From Candidatus Hydrogenedentota bacterium (GTDB taxonomy: Bacteria > Hydrogenedentota > Hydrogenedentia > Hydrogenedentales > SLHB01), in contig CAXXYE010000004.1 of assembly GCA_963674865.2 (NCBI GenBank), positions 416,001 to 480,000 of the forward strand: a DNA stretch of 64,000 nucleotides. Reading direction: 5' to 3'. Position numbers and translations under genes: made by a program. Below are positions 30,667-40,512 of this stretch, one piece after another; position 1 is the first letter of the stretch; each line of letters begins with the position of its first letter. Below the pieces are notes generated by a model. That model saw only the letters and a program-made list of their open reading frames with translations. It searched no databases and was not told the origin of the DNA.

Positions 30667-31409
30667 ACGAGGATCCCCTCGAAAGGGCGGCCGCCGCCTT
30701 GGCTGCCGCCAAGTGCGCCATCGCCGTTACAGGCGCGGGGATTTCGACGGAGAGCGGCATCCCTGATTTTCGCAGCGCCCACGGTATCTGGGCTCAGTAT
30801 CCCCCCGAGGAGTATGCCGGTATCCAGAACTTCCTCGACGATCCGCCAAAGATATGGCGGTTCTGGTGTGAAGTGGGGGAGATGGCCAAGGATTGCGGGC
30901 CGAATCCGGGCCATTATGCCCTGGCTGAACTTGAGCAGATGGACTTGCTTCGCGCCGTGATCACGCAGAATATCGACAATCTCCATCAGGAGGCGGGGAG
31001 CAGTCGCGTGGTGGAGTATCACGGCAATGCGCACTGGATGCGCTGCATGGAGTGTGGACAGCGCTCTCCTCTCGATCTCGACAAGGCAGGCGGGCGCCCT
31101 CCTTGGTGTCCTTGCGGGGGACTGATGAAGCCGGACATCGTGATGTTCGGCGAGATGATCCCACCGGATGCCATGGCCGAAGCCGACGGCTTTGCCCGCA
31201 GGGCCGACGTCGTGCTTGTGGTAGGCACATCGGCGCAGGTTTATCCTGCCGCGAGCCTGCCAAGCACAGCCAAGCGTCACGGAGCCTTCATCATAGAGGC
31301 CAACCTGAGTGAGACTGTCCTGACACGCACCATCACGGACGCCTTCCTCCATGGCCCAGCCGGCACCACCCTCCCGGAACTCGTCCAGCGCGTCAAAGCG
31401 ACGGCATAG
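30663..31409 (+). CDS. cobB: NAD-dependent deacylase (sirtuin)
   Basis: [24 protein letters not shown], CxxC..CxC, GTS. Confidence 0.92.
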   Translation: MNEDPLERAAAALAAAKCAIAVTGAGISTESGIPDFRSAHGIWAQYPPEEYAGIQNFLDDPPKIWRFWCEVGEMAKDCGPNPGHYALAELEQMDLLRAVITQNIDNLHQEAGSSRVVEYHGNAHWMRCMECGQRSPLDLDKAGGRPPWCPCGGLMKPDIVMFGEMIPPDAMAEADGFARRADVVLVVGTSAQVYPAASLPSTAKRHGAFIIEANLSETVLTRTITDAFLHGPAGTTLPELVQRVKATA

Positions 31410-31424
31410 GGCTCTCGTCCGGCA

Positions 31425-32693
31425 CTATGCCAGTGCCGAAGCGACCTTCTTGATGGCGGCAATGACCCACTCGACATGGTGGTCTTCATAACGCTGGGTG
31501 ATGCCGATGAGCACCGTTCGCCCGAGGATGTCGAGCGTGCGCGGACACATGTCGGGCGTGTACGTGCGATCCTGATCGTGTGCGGGCGAGGTCCAGGGCC
31601 GGCCGAGCGGATCGGACGAGAACTTGTCCATCACGTATTCCCAATAGCGGTAGATATGACGATCCGGGAATCCCTCGTCGTACATGCTTCCGGCGGGAAT
31701 GCCTTCCGCCTTGAGCGCTTCGCCGAAGCGTCTTGCTTTGTCACCGGAATCGAGAAGGAATGCGGCCGTGATGCCGCAATCGCCCTCGGGACAGGCGGAC
31801 TGGTGAGGCTGAATTCCCGGTAGATCGGCGATGGCCTCGCAGATCTGTTTCTTAACGGCCCGTGTTCGCGCCAGAATGCCCGCCACGCGTCCGTATTGAA
31901 CGCATCCCAAGGCGCCTTCCATCTCGTTGAGGCGGAAGTTCTCCCCGGGGAAGGGGCGCACGGTTGTATCCTCCGGCTTCCAGAAAATCATCGCCGAGTC
32001 ATGCCGGATGGCGGCCCGCTCGAAGATGGAGCGGTCGTCGGTTACCACCATGCCGCCTTCACCGGCTGTCATGATCTTGAATTGCTGTAGGCTGAAGCAG
32101 CCCACGTTGCCGATCGAGCCTAGGCGCTTACCTTTGTACGAGCCGCCGCATGCCTGGGCCACATCCTCGATCACGAGCAGGTCGTGTTTTCGTGCTACAG
32201 CCATTACGCGATCCATATCGCAGGGGATACCGCGCATGTGGACGGGCATGATCGCCTTCGTCCGCGGGGTGATCTTCTTCTCGATGTCTTCCGGGTCGAT
32301 AGTGAGCGACTCGTCGATCTCCGCGATCACCGGCACGGCGCCGCAGATCAACACCGCCGAAGCGGACGCGATGTAGGTGTAGCCGGGAACGATTACCTCG
32401 TCCCCATCACCGACGCCGATGCCCACCAGGCCGCAAATCAGAGCCGCTGTTCCACCGCCCACCGCCAGGGCGTATTGGCGCCCCGTCATCTCGCAGAATT
32501 TCCGTTCCAGTTCGGTGCAGCGGGAGTTCTCGTGATCGAGAAAGCGGAAGACCTTCTTGTTCCGCAGCACCTCGGTTACGGCTTCGATCTCTTCCTCGCC
32601 GATTTCCGCGGGCCCATGCCATCCCGCTGGGAAAGGCCCTGTGGCGATCGGCTGTCCACCATCAATAGCAAGTTTTCCGGCGTCGTGTGTCAT
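31425..32693 (-). CDS. DegT/DnrJ/EryC1/StrS aminotransferase
   Basis: PVHMRG, IEDVAQACG, FSLQQFK (PLP lysine), GEGGMV. Confidence 0.9.
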   Translation of the reverse strand: MTHDAGKLAIDGGQPIATGPFPAGWHGPAEIGEEEIEAVTEVLRNKKVFRFLDHENSRCTELERKFCEMTGRQYALAVGGGTAALICGLVGIGVGDGDEVIVPGYTYIASASAVLICGAVPVIAEIDESLTIDPEDIEKKITPRTKAIMPVHMRGIPCDMDRVMAVARKHDLLVIEDVAQACGGSYKGKRLGSIGNVGCFSLQQFKIMTAGEGGMVVTDDRSIFERAAIRHDSAMIFWKPEDTTVRPFPGENFRLNEMEGALGCVQYGRVAGILARTRAVKKQICEAIADLPGIQPHQSACPEGDCGITAAFLLDSGDKARRFGEALKAEGIPAGSMYDEGFPDRHIYRYWEYVMDKFSSDPLGRPWTSPAHDQDRTYTPDMCPRTLDILGRTVLIGITQRYEDHHVEWVIAAIKKVASALA

Positions 32694-32846
32694 CTCGTCT
32701 CTCCCAAAGCACCTGGTGTGCGATTAGTCCCGCTCAAATGGAATGCAAGGCTCAGGCAACCAACCGCCGGATCTTACTAAACCGCCTCTGGCGAGTCCAG
32801 CGAGTTTTGCGTGGTACAATAGACGAAGAAGATATGGGAGGATGCT

Positions 32847-33545
32847 ATGGGTGGTCTGTACATTTCCGCGTCCGGCATCGCAAACGCCCTTCGCCGGAAT
32901 GATGTGCGAGCCAACAACATCGCTAACATCCGCACACCAGGCTATCGAGCCGCACGGCCTGAGTCTACCGAGACGTCAACCGGCGGGGCGGCCGTCAGCA
33001 GCGTCCACCGCGACGACTCCGCCGGCCCCATCGAATTTACGGGGCAGGCCACCGACGTTGCCGCATCGACGGGCTTCTTTGCCGTGCTGATGGCTGACGG
33101 CTCCCTGGCTTACACACGCGACGGCCGTTTCGGCCTTAATGCAGAAGGCGAAATCGTCACCAGCGATGGGGCGCGCCTCGAGCCTTCTATCCAGGCGCCC
33201 GCCGGCGCGACAGGCGTCACGGTGGCCGGTGACGGCACTGTCCTTGCCACGCTTCCCGGCGGCGGCCCGCAGGTAATCGGGCGCATCGAGGTGTTCCAGT
33301 TCCAGAACGCGGGCGGCTTGGCGGCCATCGGCGGCAACCTCTACCAGGAGACGGCCGCGTCCGGCGTGGCATCGCCCGTCTCGACGGCGGTGCAGTTCTA
33401 TCCGGGCGCTGTTCAACAGTCCAACGTCGATCTCGCGCGGGAGACCGTCGGTGGAATCCTCGATAGGCAGGCCGTCCAGGCCAACGTCAACGCGTTCCGG
33501 GCGCAGGCCGACATCTTGGGCGAACTCATCGACATCACCGCGTAA
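32847..33545 (+). CDS. Flagellar basal-body rod/hook protein (FlgG/FlgF-like), orphan copy
   Basis: ANNIANIRTPGY, YTRDGRF, LAAIGGNLYQETAASG, SNVDL. Confidence 0.85.
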   Translation: MGGLYISASGIANALRRNDVRANNIANIRTPGYRAARPESTETSTGGAAVSSVHRDDSAGPIEFTGQATDVAASTGFFAVLMADGSLAYTRDGRFGLNAEGEIVTSDGARLEPSIQAPAGATGVTVAGDGTVLATLPGGGPQVIGRIEVFQFQNAGGLAAIGGNLYQETAASGVASPVSTAVQFYPGAVQQSNVDLARETVGGILDRQAVQANVNAFRAQADILGELIDITA

Positions 33546-33630
33546 GACGGCGGGCCGTATTCCGTCTGCGTCATGCGTCGGACAAGAGAGTGGTCTCTTT
33601 GGAATGGCTCTGCCGGATTCTCCGTGCGCA

Positions 33631-33695
33631 ACTCGGCGTTCTCGGGAGTTCTGCGTCTAGATTCTCTCAACGCGGAGTCGCAGAGCCCGCGGAGT
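33631..33695. repeat. Imperfect palindrome with about 9-bp internal periodicity (REP-like)
   Basis: ACTCGGCGTTCTCGGGAGTTCTGCGT ... ACGCGGAGTCGCAGAGCCCGCGGAGT. Confidence 0.5.
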
Positions 33696-33856
33696 TCCGC
33701 CGAGCAGTCTAGTCCTCCTCTGTCTGTCTCAAGTATTACTCGTCGTGATCTGCGCCTTTCTCGGCCGGATTGTCGTTATGCTGCTCTTGCTCTCACGCCA
33801 TTGTCTGCCTTACGCTAGGCGCACATCCGATTAGAGATTGGAGAAGAGAGGCCCCC

Positions 33857-35143
33857 ATGGCGAAGCAACCGAACATTCTCCAGATAACCACCCACGACTC
33901 AGGCCGACACTTCGGCTGTTACGGCCACAGCACGGTACATACGCCGAACATCGACGCCCTGGCCGCCGATGGCGTCCGGATGACGAACTATTTCGCCACT
34001 GTGCCGATCTGTTGCGCGAGCCGAGCCTCGATGTTGACTGGACGCTATCCTCAGAGTCACGGCCTGATGGACCTCTGTTTCGCCCCGTTCAACTGGGCAC
34101 TGAATGATGACGAGCGCCACATCAGTCATATTCTGCATGACGCCGGCTACCGAACGCTCTTGTTCCACATCCAGCACGAAGTTGCGTGGGACGATATCGG
34201 ACGGCTGCCCTTCGACGAGATCCGCGCCCAGGACAGCTCCCCCACGGCCCTCGATACGGCCGAGGAGGTGTGCCGCTTCCTCGAAGCGGAGTCCGGTGGC
34301 GCTGAGCCTTTCTATGCCCAGGTAGGCTTTTTCGAGACGCACACGCCCTTCGATTTCGGGGGCGTCAAGCCGGACACGAGCCTTGGCGTCGAGATTCCAC
34401 CTTACCTGGCCGACGACGCTGTCGCCCGCGATACGATGGCGCAGTTTCAGGCCTCGGTGCGCCGCGCGGATGAGGCCGTGGGGCGCATTGTGGAAGCGCT
34501 GCGCCGGAGCGGACGCGAACACGACACCCTCTTTGTTTTCACGACTGACCACGGTATCGAGGTGCCCCGAGCCAAGTGGACGCTCTACGATCCAGGCATC
34601 GCCATCGCCCTCGTCATGCGCTGCCCGGCCCTCGGCCTTACCGGTGGGATGGCCTGCGATGCGCTGGCGGGCAATGTCGATTACCTGGCCACCGTGCTCG
34701 AACTCGCCGGGCTCGACGTGCCCGACCGCGTCCAGGGCCTCAGCTTTGCCGGCGCGCTGAGAGGCGGAAGAGAGGCGCCGGGCCGCGACGCTGTCTTCGC
34801 CATGTACCACAAGTCGCAAGCCCGGTGCGTCCGCACCCGCCGCCACAAACTCATCCGCTATTTCGACGCCGCCGTGGACTACCATACCGTGCCCGTCCGC
34901 TTTCAAGACGTGCTGATGAAGCGCGGCATCAAGCAAATCGAACTCTTCGACCTCGATAAAGACCCCAACGAATTCGCCAACGTGGCGGGGCAAGACGAGT
35001 ACGCCGACATCCAGCGCAAACTCGATGCCCGCCTTTGGCGGTGGATGGAATCCGTTGACGACGCCCTGCTGCGCGGCCCCATCGCTACCCCCTCATACCG
35101 CGCCGCCATCAGCGATTACCAGGCTTGGAAATCACCGTGTTGA
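33857..35143 (+). CDS. Sulfatase (N-sulfoglucosamine sulfohydrolase-like)
   Basis: PNILQITTHD, CCASRASMLTG, TTDHG, ELFDLDKDPNE. Confidence 0.9.
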   Translation: MAKQPNILQITTHDSGRHFGCYGHSTVHTPNIDALAADGVRMTNYFATVPICCASRASMLTGRYPQSHGLMDLCFAPFNWALNDDERHISHILHDAGYRTLLFHIQHEVAWDDIGRLPFDEIRAQDSSPTALDTAEEVCRFLEAESGGAEPFYAQVGFFETHTPFDFGGVKPDTSLGVEIPPYLADDAVARDTMAQFQASVRRADEAVGRIVEALRRSGREHDTLFVFTTDHGIEVPRAKWTLYDPGIAIALVMRCPALGLTGGMACDALAGNVDYLATVLELAGLDVPDRVQGLSFAGALRGGREAPGRDAVFAMYHKSQARCVRTRRHKLIRYFDAAVDYHTVPVRFQDVLMKRGIKQIELFDLDKDPNEFANVAGQDEYADIQRKLDARLWRWMESVDDALLRGPIATPSYRAAISDYQAWKSPC

Positions 35144-35180
35144 GAAGGGAAGCACCACAGTAGCCACTGCCTAGGGGATT

Positions 35181-35246
35181 CTCACCACGAAGTCACCAAG
35201 CCACAAAGACCCTTTGTGCCTTAGAGTCTTCGTGACGACAAGTGAG
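35181..35246. repeat. Imperfect palindrome with periodic CACxAAG units (REP-like)
   Basis: CACGAAG..CACCAAG.CACAAAG-acc-CTTTGTG..CTT...CTTCGTG, plus outer CTCAC/GTGAG. Confidence 0.55.
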
Positions 35247-35408
35247 TAGCCGCGCCTTTCTTGACACATTCTCCGCGTTCCCCCTAGGATAGGGATGATA
35301 GGTCAGGCCGTACTTATCGTCATACGTCGGTGCGCAAGCCCTGGGAACGGGCCGCTGCCTCTGGCGTAAGGAAGGCAGGGCGGCGAAACTGGGGGAGGGG
35401 TATCTCTC

Positions 35409-37286
35409 GTGCCAACACGCTTCATTGACAACATCTGGTTATCCGATATTGAGGAAGGAGCCTACACGTTCGGATCCGGCGGCCCGTTCATGACCAACCT
35501 GGCGAAGGTCAATATCCTCGTCGGCCCGAACAACTCCGGTAAGAGCAAGTTCATGCGAGCTGTGTTCCACACCAATTTCATGGGCCTTCCGGATGCCCAG
35601 TCTCCCGACAGCAGGACATTCGAAGGAAATCGACAAGCCTTGAATCGTTTCTACGCATTGGTGGGAAAAGCTCTTCAGGTAGCAGGACTGCAAGAGCATC
35701 ACAAGAAGTGTTGCCCGCCCCCCTCGCCTGAATGTTTCTCCCATGAAAACTTGCTCAACTGGCTGAACGCGACTCAAGAGATGCTGAAGCAAACAGGGCT
35801 CTGGGATTTCATCCCAGCTACGCAGAAGCAGGCGGTAGAAGACTGCCAGCGTCTTCAAGACGAGGCCCTGGATTCGACAAGAAAGTCAATGCAGATCGAT
35901 CGGGTGGCCAATGACTTTGAGAAGGTCTATATCCCTACCCTTCGTGGTTTGAGAAATCCGCACAAATTGGCCAACGACTCCTCTGCTCAGGAAGAGAATG
36001 ACCTCTACAGAAGCCGTACCATAGACGACTACTTCCGCGGGCACGAGCCTGCCGTGTTCACCGGCCTGAGTCTCTACCGTGAGACCCGCTCTCTTCTTCT
36101 TGACCTCCGCAAGAGCCGAGACACAGTGAGGCGCTTCGAGAGTTTTCTCTCCGGGAGTTTCTTTGACGGGCAAGAGTTGTCAGTCATTCCAAAGGAAGAT
36201 CATGATGTACTCTTTGTCGGTTTGGGCCAGGAGAATGAGTTCCCGATCTACGATCTGGGCGACGGTCTTCAACAGATTATCATCATGACGTTTCCAGTCT
36301 TTGTCCGTGACGGAAGGAAGGTGATGCTTTTTATTGAAGAGCCGGAACTGTACTTGCACCCTGGAATGCAGCGGCAGCTACTTCAGATATTCGCCGCGAC
36401 AGACGGGCCGTTCAAGGACACGCAGGTGTTTATGACGACGCACTCAAACCATTTCCTCGACATGACGCTCGAAATGGAAGACGTGTCCGTCTACCGCTTC
36501 ACGAAGGAACTCCGGGATGGAGAAGGCGAGAGCAGCATCCACTTCCGTATCGATTACACCACGTGTGACAGCCGGGAACTTCTGACGGATCTAGGCGTGC
36601 GGAACTCGTCAGTCTCCCTCACAAACTGCACAATCTGGGTTGAGGGCATCACCGACCGCATGTACATCCGCAAGTTCTTGGAACTCTACCAATCAAGCCT
36701 GCCAGAAGATGAAGCCCGGTACGGAGAGGATGTCCACTTCACGATTGCCGAATATGCCGGCGCCAACATCGACCACTGGTTCTTTGGCGATACAGAACCA
36801 GAATCGGAGGATGAAGCCGAGACAGATGGTTCGCCCATCAAGCCCATTGTCGCCCGCCATCTTTGCGGTCGTGCCCTCGTAATAGCGGACAAAGACGGGG
36901 ATGACAAGGCACAGAGGCACAAGGAGAGAGTCGAGCTCCTTGGAGACTGCTATCGGCCTCTGCAATGTGTGGAGATAGAGAACCTTCTCAGTCCGGACGT
37001 CGTTGTGGGGGCCATCAAGTCGTACCGAACTTGCAGAGACCTCCAGCTCAATACGCCTGGATCAGCAAATGACTACAGTGAGAAACACCTGGGCGCTTAC
37101 ATCGATAATCACATCCTCCCCGAGAACTCACCGCCCACATTCGCTGACCAATCAGGCACTATCAAGAACAAGGTCGGCTTCGCACGCAAGGCATGCAAGC
37201 TGATGACTGCTCCAAGACACCTTTCAGAACCTGCGCGCGCATTGGCCGAGGAGATTTGGGGGTTCATTGCCAAGCACAACGCCTAG
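35409..37286 (+). CDS. OLD-family-like ABC ATPase plus TOPRIM nuclease
   Basis: Walker A GPNNSGKS, signature LGDGLQQ, Walker B LFIEEPE-LYLHP, H-loop TTHS, TOPRIM WVEGITD and IADKD. Confidence 0.85.
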   Translation: MPTRFIDNIWLSDIEEGAYTFGSGGPFMTNLAKVNILVGPNNSGKSKFMRAVFHTNFMGLPDAQSPDSRTFEGNRQALNRFYALVGKALQVAGLQEHHKKCCPPPSPECFSHENLLNWLNATQEMLKQTGLWDFIPATQKQAVEDCQRLQDEALDSTRKSMQIDRVANDFEKVYIPTLRGLRNPHKLANDSSAQEENDLYRSRTIDDYFRGHEPAVFTGLSLYRETRSLLLDLRKSRDTVRRFESFLSGSFFDGQELSVIPKEDHDVLFVGLGQENEFPIYDLGDGLQQIIIMTFPVFVRDGRKVMLFIEEPELYLHPGMQRQLLQIFAATDGPFKDTQVFMTTHSNHFLDMTLEMEDVSVYRFTKELRDGEGESSIHFRIDYTTCDSRELLTDLGVRNSSVSLTNCTIWVEGITDRMYIRKFLELYQSSLPEDEARYGEDVHFTIAEYAGANIDHWFFGDTEPESEDEAETDGSPIKPIVARHLCGRALVIADKDGDDKAQRHKERVELLGDCYRPLQCVEIENLLSPDVVVGAIKSYRTCRDLQLNTPGSANDYSEKHLGAYIDNHILPENSPPTFADQSGTIKNKVGFARKACKLMTAPRHLSEPARALAEEIWGFIAKHNA

Positions 37287-37413
37287 GAACGTCACTTTCG
37301 ACCTATCGGACTTTCCAGGCATCTCTGAAGAATGGGAGGGACGTGCTCCTGCACGTCCGCGGTCGCGCGGGAGCGCGACCCTCCCTTGCTTTGCGTCAGA
37401 TGGCTCCGGCGGG

Positions 37414-37932
37414 CTACTGGCCGTTGGCGGCGAAATCGTTGAGGCGTTCCCAGACGAGCTCCGAGACGGAGGTGATCATGCTATCCACGTCGTCGGACAG
37501 GGCCTGCAAGGCGGTGAGGATTTCGCGGGCCTCTTCGATTCCCTGATTGATGGCCCCGCCGATGAAGTCCACGAACGCTTGGCGCGCTTCATCTTCCTCC
37601 AGTTCGGCGTGATTTTCCCGCCAGGCCGAGAACGCCCCGAGCGCGAAGTCGGCGATACGGCCCGCCGTGGCCTCGGCGGAGGTATCGAGGGAGGAGAGGT
37701 CCGTTATGCCGACGGCTTCCGCCGCGTCGGAGACTACCGAGCGCAGCTTCTCGTATGCGCGCTCGACCACCATGTTCATGGCGTCGCTCTCTGTCACGGT
37801 GCTGTTGCCGAACGAGACAACGTCCGTCGGCACGGATGTGGTGTTGCCCTCTTGCTCAGTGGCGGTGGTTTGGCTAGACAGGCTGGAATACAGACTGAGT
37901 TGTGAATCGATGGCGGAAGTGGAGATCACCAT
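37414..37932 (-). CDS. DUF5610-like acidic protein
   Basis: SAEATAGRIADFA...FVDFIGGAINQGIEEAREIL pattern resembles DUF5610 (from memory); sigma-28 promoter upstream. Confidence 0.65.
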   Translation of the reverse strand: MVISTSAIDSQLSLYSSLSSQTTATEQEGNTTSVPTDVVSFGNSTVTESDAMNMVVERAYEKLRSVVSDAAEAVGITDLSSLDTSAEATAGRIADFALGAFSAWRENHAELEEDEARQAFVDFIGGAINQGIEEAREILTALQALSDDVDSMITSVSELVWERLNDFAANGQ

Positions 37933-37948
37933 AGTCTTACCCTCGTGT

Positions 37949-37966
37949 TGGGGCATCCCTGCCCCA
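37949..37966 (-). promoter_or_regulatory. CsrA-type GGA hairpin
   Basis: Minus strand TGGGGCA-GGGA-TGCCCCA; core identical to the flagellin 3 leader hairpin. Confidence 0.6.
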
Positions 37967-37991
37967 TGGAAACTGGCCGTCGCTATTGGTA

Positions 37992-38019
37992 GTATCGGCA
38001 GGAAAACGGACGGTCTTTA
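37992..38019 (-). promoter_or_regulatory. Sigma-28 promoter
   Basis: Minus strand TAAA-N16-GCCGATAC. Confidence 0.7.
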
Positions 38020-38050
38020 GACAAAATCCGCGGAAAATGCGCGAAAACGG

Positions 38051-38389
38051 ATGAAAACGTTTGCCATGCCCATTCCAGACGATGAGCTGAACATCAGCTT
38101 CTACAGAAGCTCAGGCCCCGGTGGACAGAAGAAGAATGTGACGGAATCCGCCGTGCGGGTGCGTCATATCCCCACAGGTATCACCGTCGTAGCCACATCA
38201 TCGCGCTCGCAGCACCGCAACAAGGCCATGGCCTTAGCGGAACTTGAGCGCCGCCTTGCCGAGCGTCGCAGGCCTCGGAAAACGCGTAAGCGCACACGGC
38301 CGACTCCGGCCTCACGCCGCCGCCGCCTCGAAGAAAAGCGCCGGCGGGGAGAGATCAAGAACCTGCGAAGGCCGCCCGGCGAGGAGTAG
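38051..38389 (+). CDS. arfB: Peptidyl-tRNA hydrolase / alternative ribosome rescue factor B-like
   Basis: RSSGPGGQ, SRSQHRNK, basic tail RKRTRPT...RRLEEKRRRGEIK. Confidence 0.8.
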   Translation: MKTFAMPIPDDELNISFYRSSGPGGQKKNVTESAVRVRHIPTGITVVATSSRSQHRNKAMALAELERRLAERRRPRKTRKRTRPTPASRRRRLEEKRRRGEIKNLRRPPGEE

Positions 38390-38490
38390 CACGAGGAGAG
38401 GCGTTGATAAGATTATCCAACGGGTGTAACTTGTGAACACTGGGGCATGGGGATTTCCTTGCTCCAAGGCACGGATGGGGAGGCTTGGCC

Positions 38491-39531
38491 ATGACATCAA
38501 GAGAGCGCGTGATGAGCGCGTTCGACCACGTTGAGCCGGATCGCGTGCCGGCATGGTGCGGCGCGTCCGAGGAGTTCTGGGCGAAGGCCAAAGCGGAACT
38601 GGGCCTTGACGATGAGGCCCTACGCGAGCGATTTCACGACGATTTCCGGCGCGTCCATGCTCAGTACATTGGCCCTGAGTTCCCCATTTCACCTGGCGCA
38701 ACCTACCGGACGCCCTTCGGCATCGAACGGCACGGCATGGGCTACGGCCAGCCGCTCAGTCATCCCCTCATGAACGCGTCCCTCGATGAGATCCACGCCT
38801 ATGACTGGCCGGACCCGGCCTGGATGGACCCCTCGGGCATCCGCGCGGATGCGGAGCGCTACGAAGGCCGATACGCCATACTTGGGGGAGATTGGTCGCC
38901 CTTCTGGCATGACTGCATCGACCTGCTCGGCATGGAGAACATGTACGTCAAGATGCTTGAGGAGCCGGAGATCGTCGACGCCGTCAACGGCCACTTGGTG
39001 GATTACTACGCCGCCGTGAGCGAGCGCATTTTCGAAGCCGCGGCCGACGTTATCGATATCTTCTTCATTGGTAATGACTTGGGGAGCCAGAAAGGCCCTT
39101 TGCTCAGCCAGCCTTTGTTCTGCCGCTACATACTGCCGCACATCAAGCGGCTGATCGATCTCGGCCACGACTATAACCTCAAAGTCATGCTGCACTGCTG
39201 CGGCGGCTTCGCGCCGCTCATCCCTTCTCTCGCCGCCGCGGGACTTGACGGCCTCCACGCCATCCAGCCGAGCTGCCACGGCATGGATCTGCGGGCGCTC
39301 AAGACTGCCTTCGGCGACAAGATGCTCTTCAATGGCTGCATCGACTCCCATCACGTGCTCATCGAAGGGGACATGGCCTTCGTCCGCAAGAAGACGCGTG
39401 AGGTAATCGACATTATGAAGCCGGGCGGAGGCTTTGTCGCGGGCGCCAGCCACGACACGATCCTCGAAGAGACGCCCGTCGAGAACGTCCTCGCCATGTT
39501 CGACACCATCGCGGAGTATGGCCTCTACTGA
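38491..39531 (+). CDS. Uroporphyrinogen decarboxylase/methyltransferase family protein
   Basis: TSRERV...EPDRVP, GNDLG, LHCCG, TPVENVLAM. Confidence 0.85.
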   Translation: MTSRERVMSAFDHVEPDRVPAWCGASEEFWAKAKAELGLDDEALRERFHDDFRRVHAQYIGPEFPISPGATYRTPFGIERHGMGYGQPLSHPLMNASLDEIHAYDWPDPAWMDPSGIRADAERYEGRYAILGGDWSPFWHDCIDLLGMENMYVKMLEEPEIVDAVNGHLVDYYAAVSERIFEAAADVIDIFFIGNDLGSQKGPLLSQPLFCRYILPHIKRLIDLGHDYNLKVMLHCCGGFAPLIPSLAAAGLDGLHAIQPSCHGMDLRALKTAFGDKMLFNGCIDSHHVLIEGDMAFVRKKTREVIDIMKPGGGFVAGASHDTILEETPVENVLAMFDTIAEYGLY

Positions 39532-39548
39532 GAGTCCTTGGAGGACTG

Positions 39549-40409
39549 ATGATCCGTGCCCTGCAGAGCAGCGCGATCCTACGGGCGCCTATCGCGCTTT
39601 TCAGGGAATTCTGCCTGTTCGGCCTGAAGCAGGCTTTCTGCTGCACCTTTGGAGGGCTGCTTCTCCTTGGGATGCTCGTGAGCAAGCTCTGGTATCCCTT
39701 CCAGTCTGTTCAGCGGTATGACTTCTTGCTCATGTTTGCCATCGCGGTCCAGAGCGCTTTTCTACTTCTCGGTATCGAGTCTGTCAAAGAACTTCTAGCC
39801 ATTGGCGTCTTCGTTATCCTGGCCGTCAGCATGGAAGTTTTCAAGACCTCGGCCCATGTCTACTCGTGGCACTATCCTGAATCGTTTGCTCTCGGCATCG
39901 GCACGGTGCCTCTCTTCGTCGGATTCATGTATGGCGCCGTGGGCAGCTACGTGGCGAGAGCCTGGCGCTCCTTTGATTTCCAGTTCTCGACCTATCCATC
40001 ACCGTGGCCGACGATTATTCTGGCAGGCCTAATATATGTGAACTTCTTCACCCATCACTTCATCTACGACTTTCGCTGGGTGTTGTTGATTGTCGGTGTT
40101 CTCCTCTTCAGCAGATGTATCATGTACTTCAAAGTGGAGCAGGAATACCGGCGCATGCCGCTCATGATTGGGTGGCTCCTAGTGGCAACGTTCATCTGGA
40201 TTGCCGAGAACGTGGGAACCTATGCCGGGATATGGCTCTATCCGTTCCAGGTCGACGGTTGGCGGCCCGTTCCTATCGCCAAATTGACGTCATGGTACCT
40301 GCTGCTCATGGTGAGCTTTGTCCTCGTGTCGCTTGTTTGGCGGCCGTGGCGGTCGACCTTCGATGAGTCCCAACACACCATCAGGGAACCTTACTCGGCC
40401 AACGCGTGA
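39549..40409 (+). CDS. DUF817-like membrane protein
   Basis: FGLKQA, RYDFLL, GFMYGAVGSY, NFFTHH, FIWIAEN, KLTSWYLL. Confidence 0.8.
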   Translation: MIRALQSSAILRAPIALFREFCLFGLKQAFCCTFGGLLLLGMLVSKLWYPFQSVQRYDFLLMFAIAVQSAFLLLGIESVKELLAIGVFVILAVSMEVFKTSAHVYSWHYPESFALGIGTVPLFVGFMYGAVGSYVARAWRSFDFQFSTYPSPWPTIILAGLIYVNFFTHHFIYDFRWVLLIVGVLLFSRCIMYFKVEQEYRRMPLMIGWLLVATFIWIAENVGTYAGIWLYPFQVDGWRPVPIAKLTSWYLLLMVSFVLVSLVWRPWRSTFDESQHTIREPYSANA

Positions 40410-40512
40410 CAGAAATCGGACGAGGCCGGACCGACGGGACTTCACCTGCCGCGTAACCTCGTTAGCGTTTCGAGCAACGTATATGACAAACGAAACGTTA
40501 GGAGATTCCGGC

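Noticed and set aside
30663..31409. Sirtuin as a possible defence NADase
   Set aside because: Canonical zinc-binding CobB-type deacylase coupled to serS; not a ThsA/DSR-type SIR2
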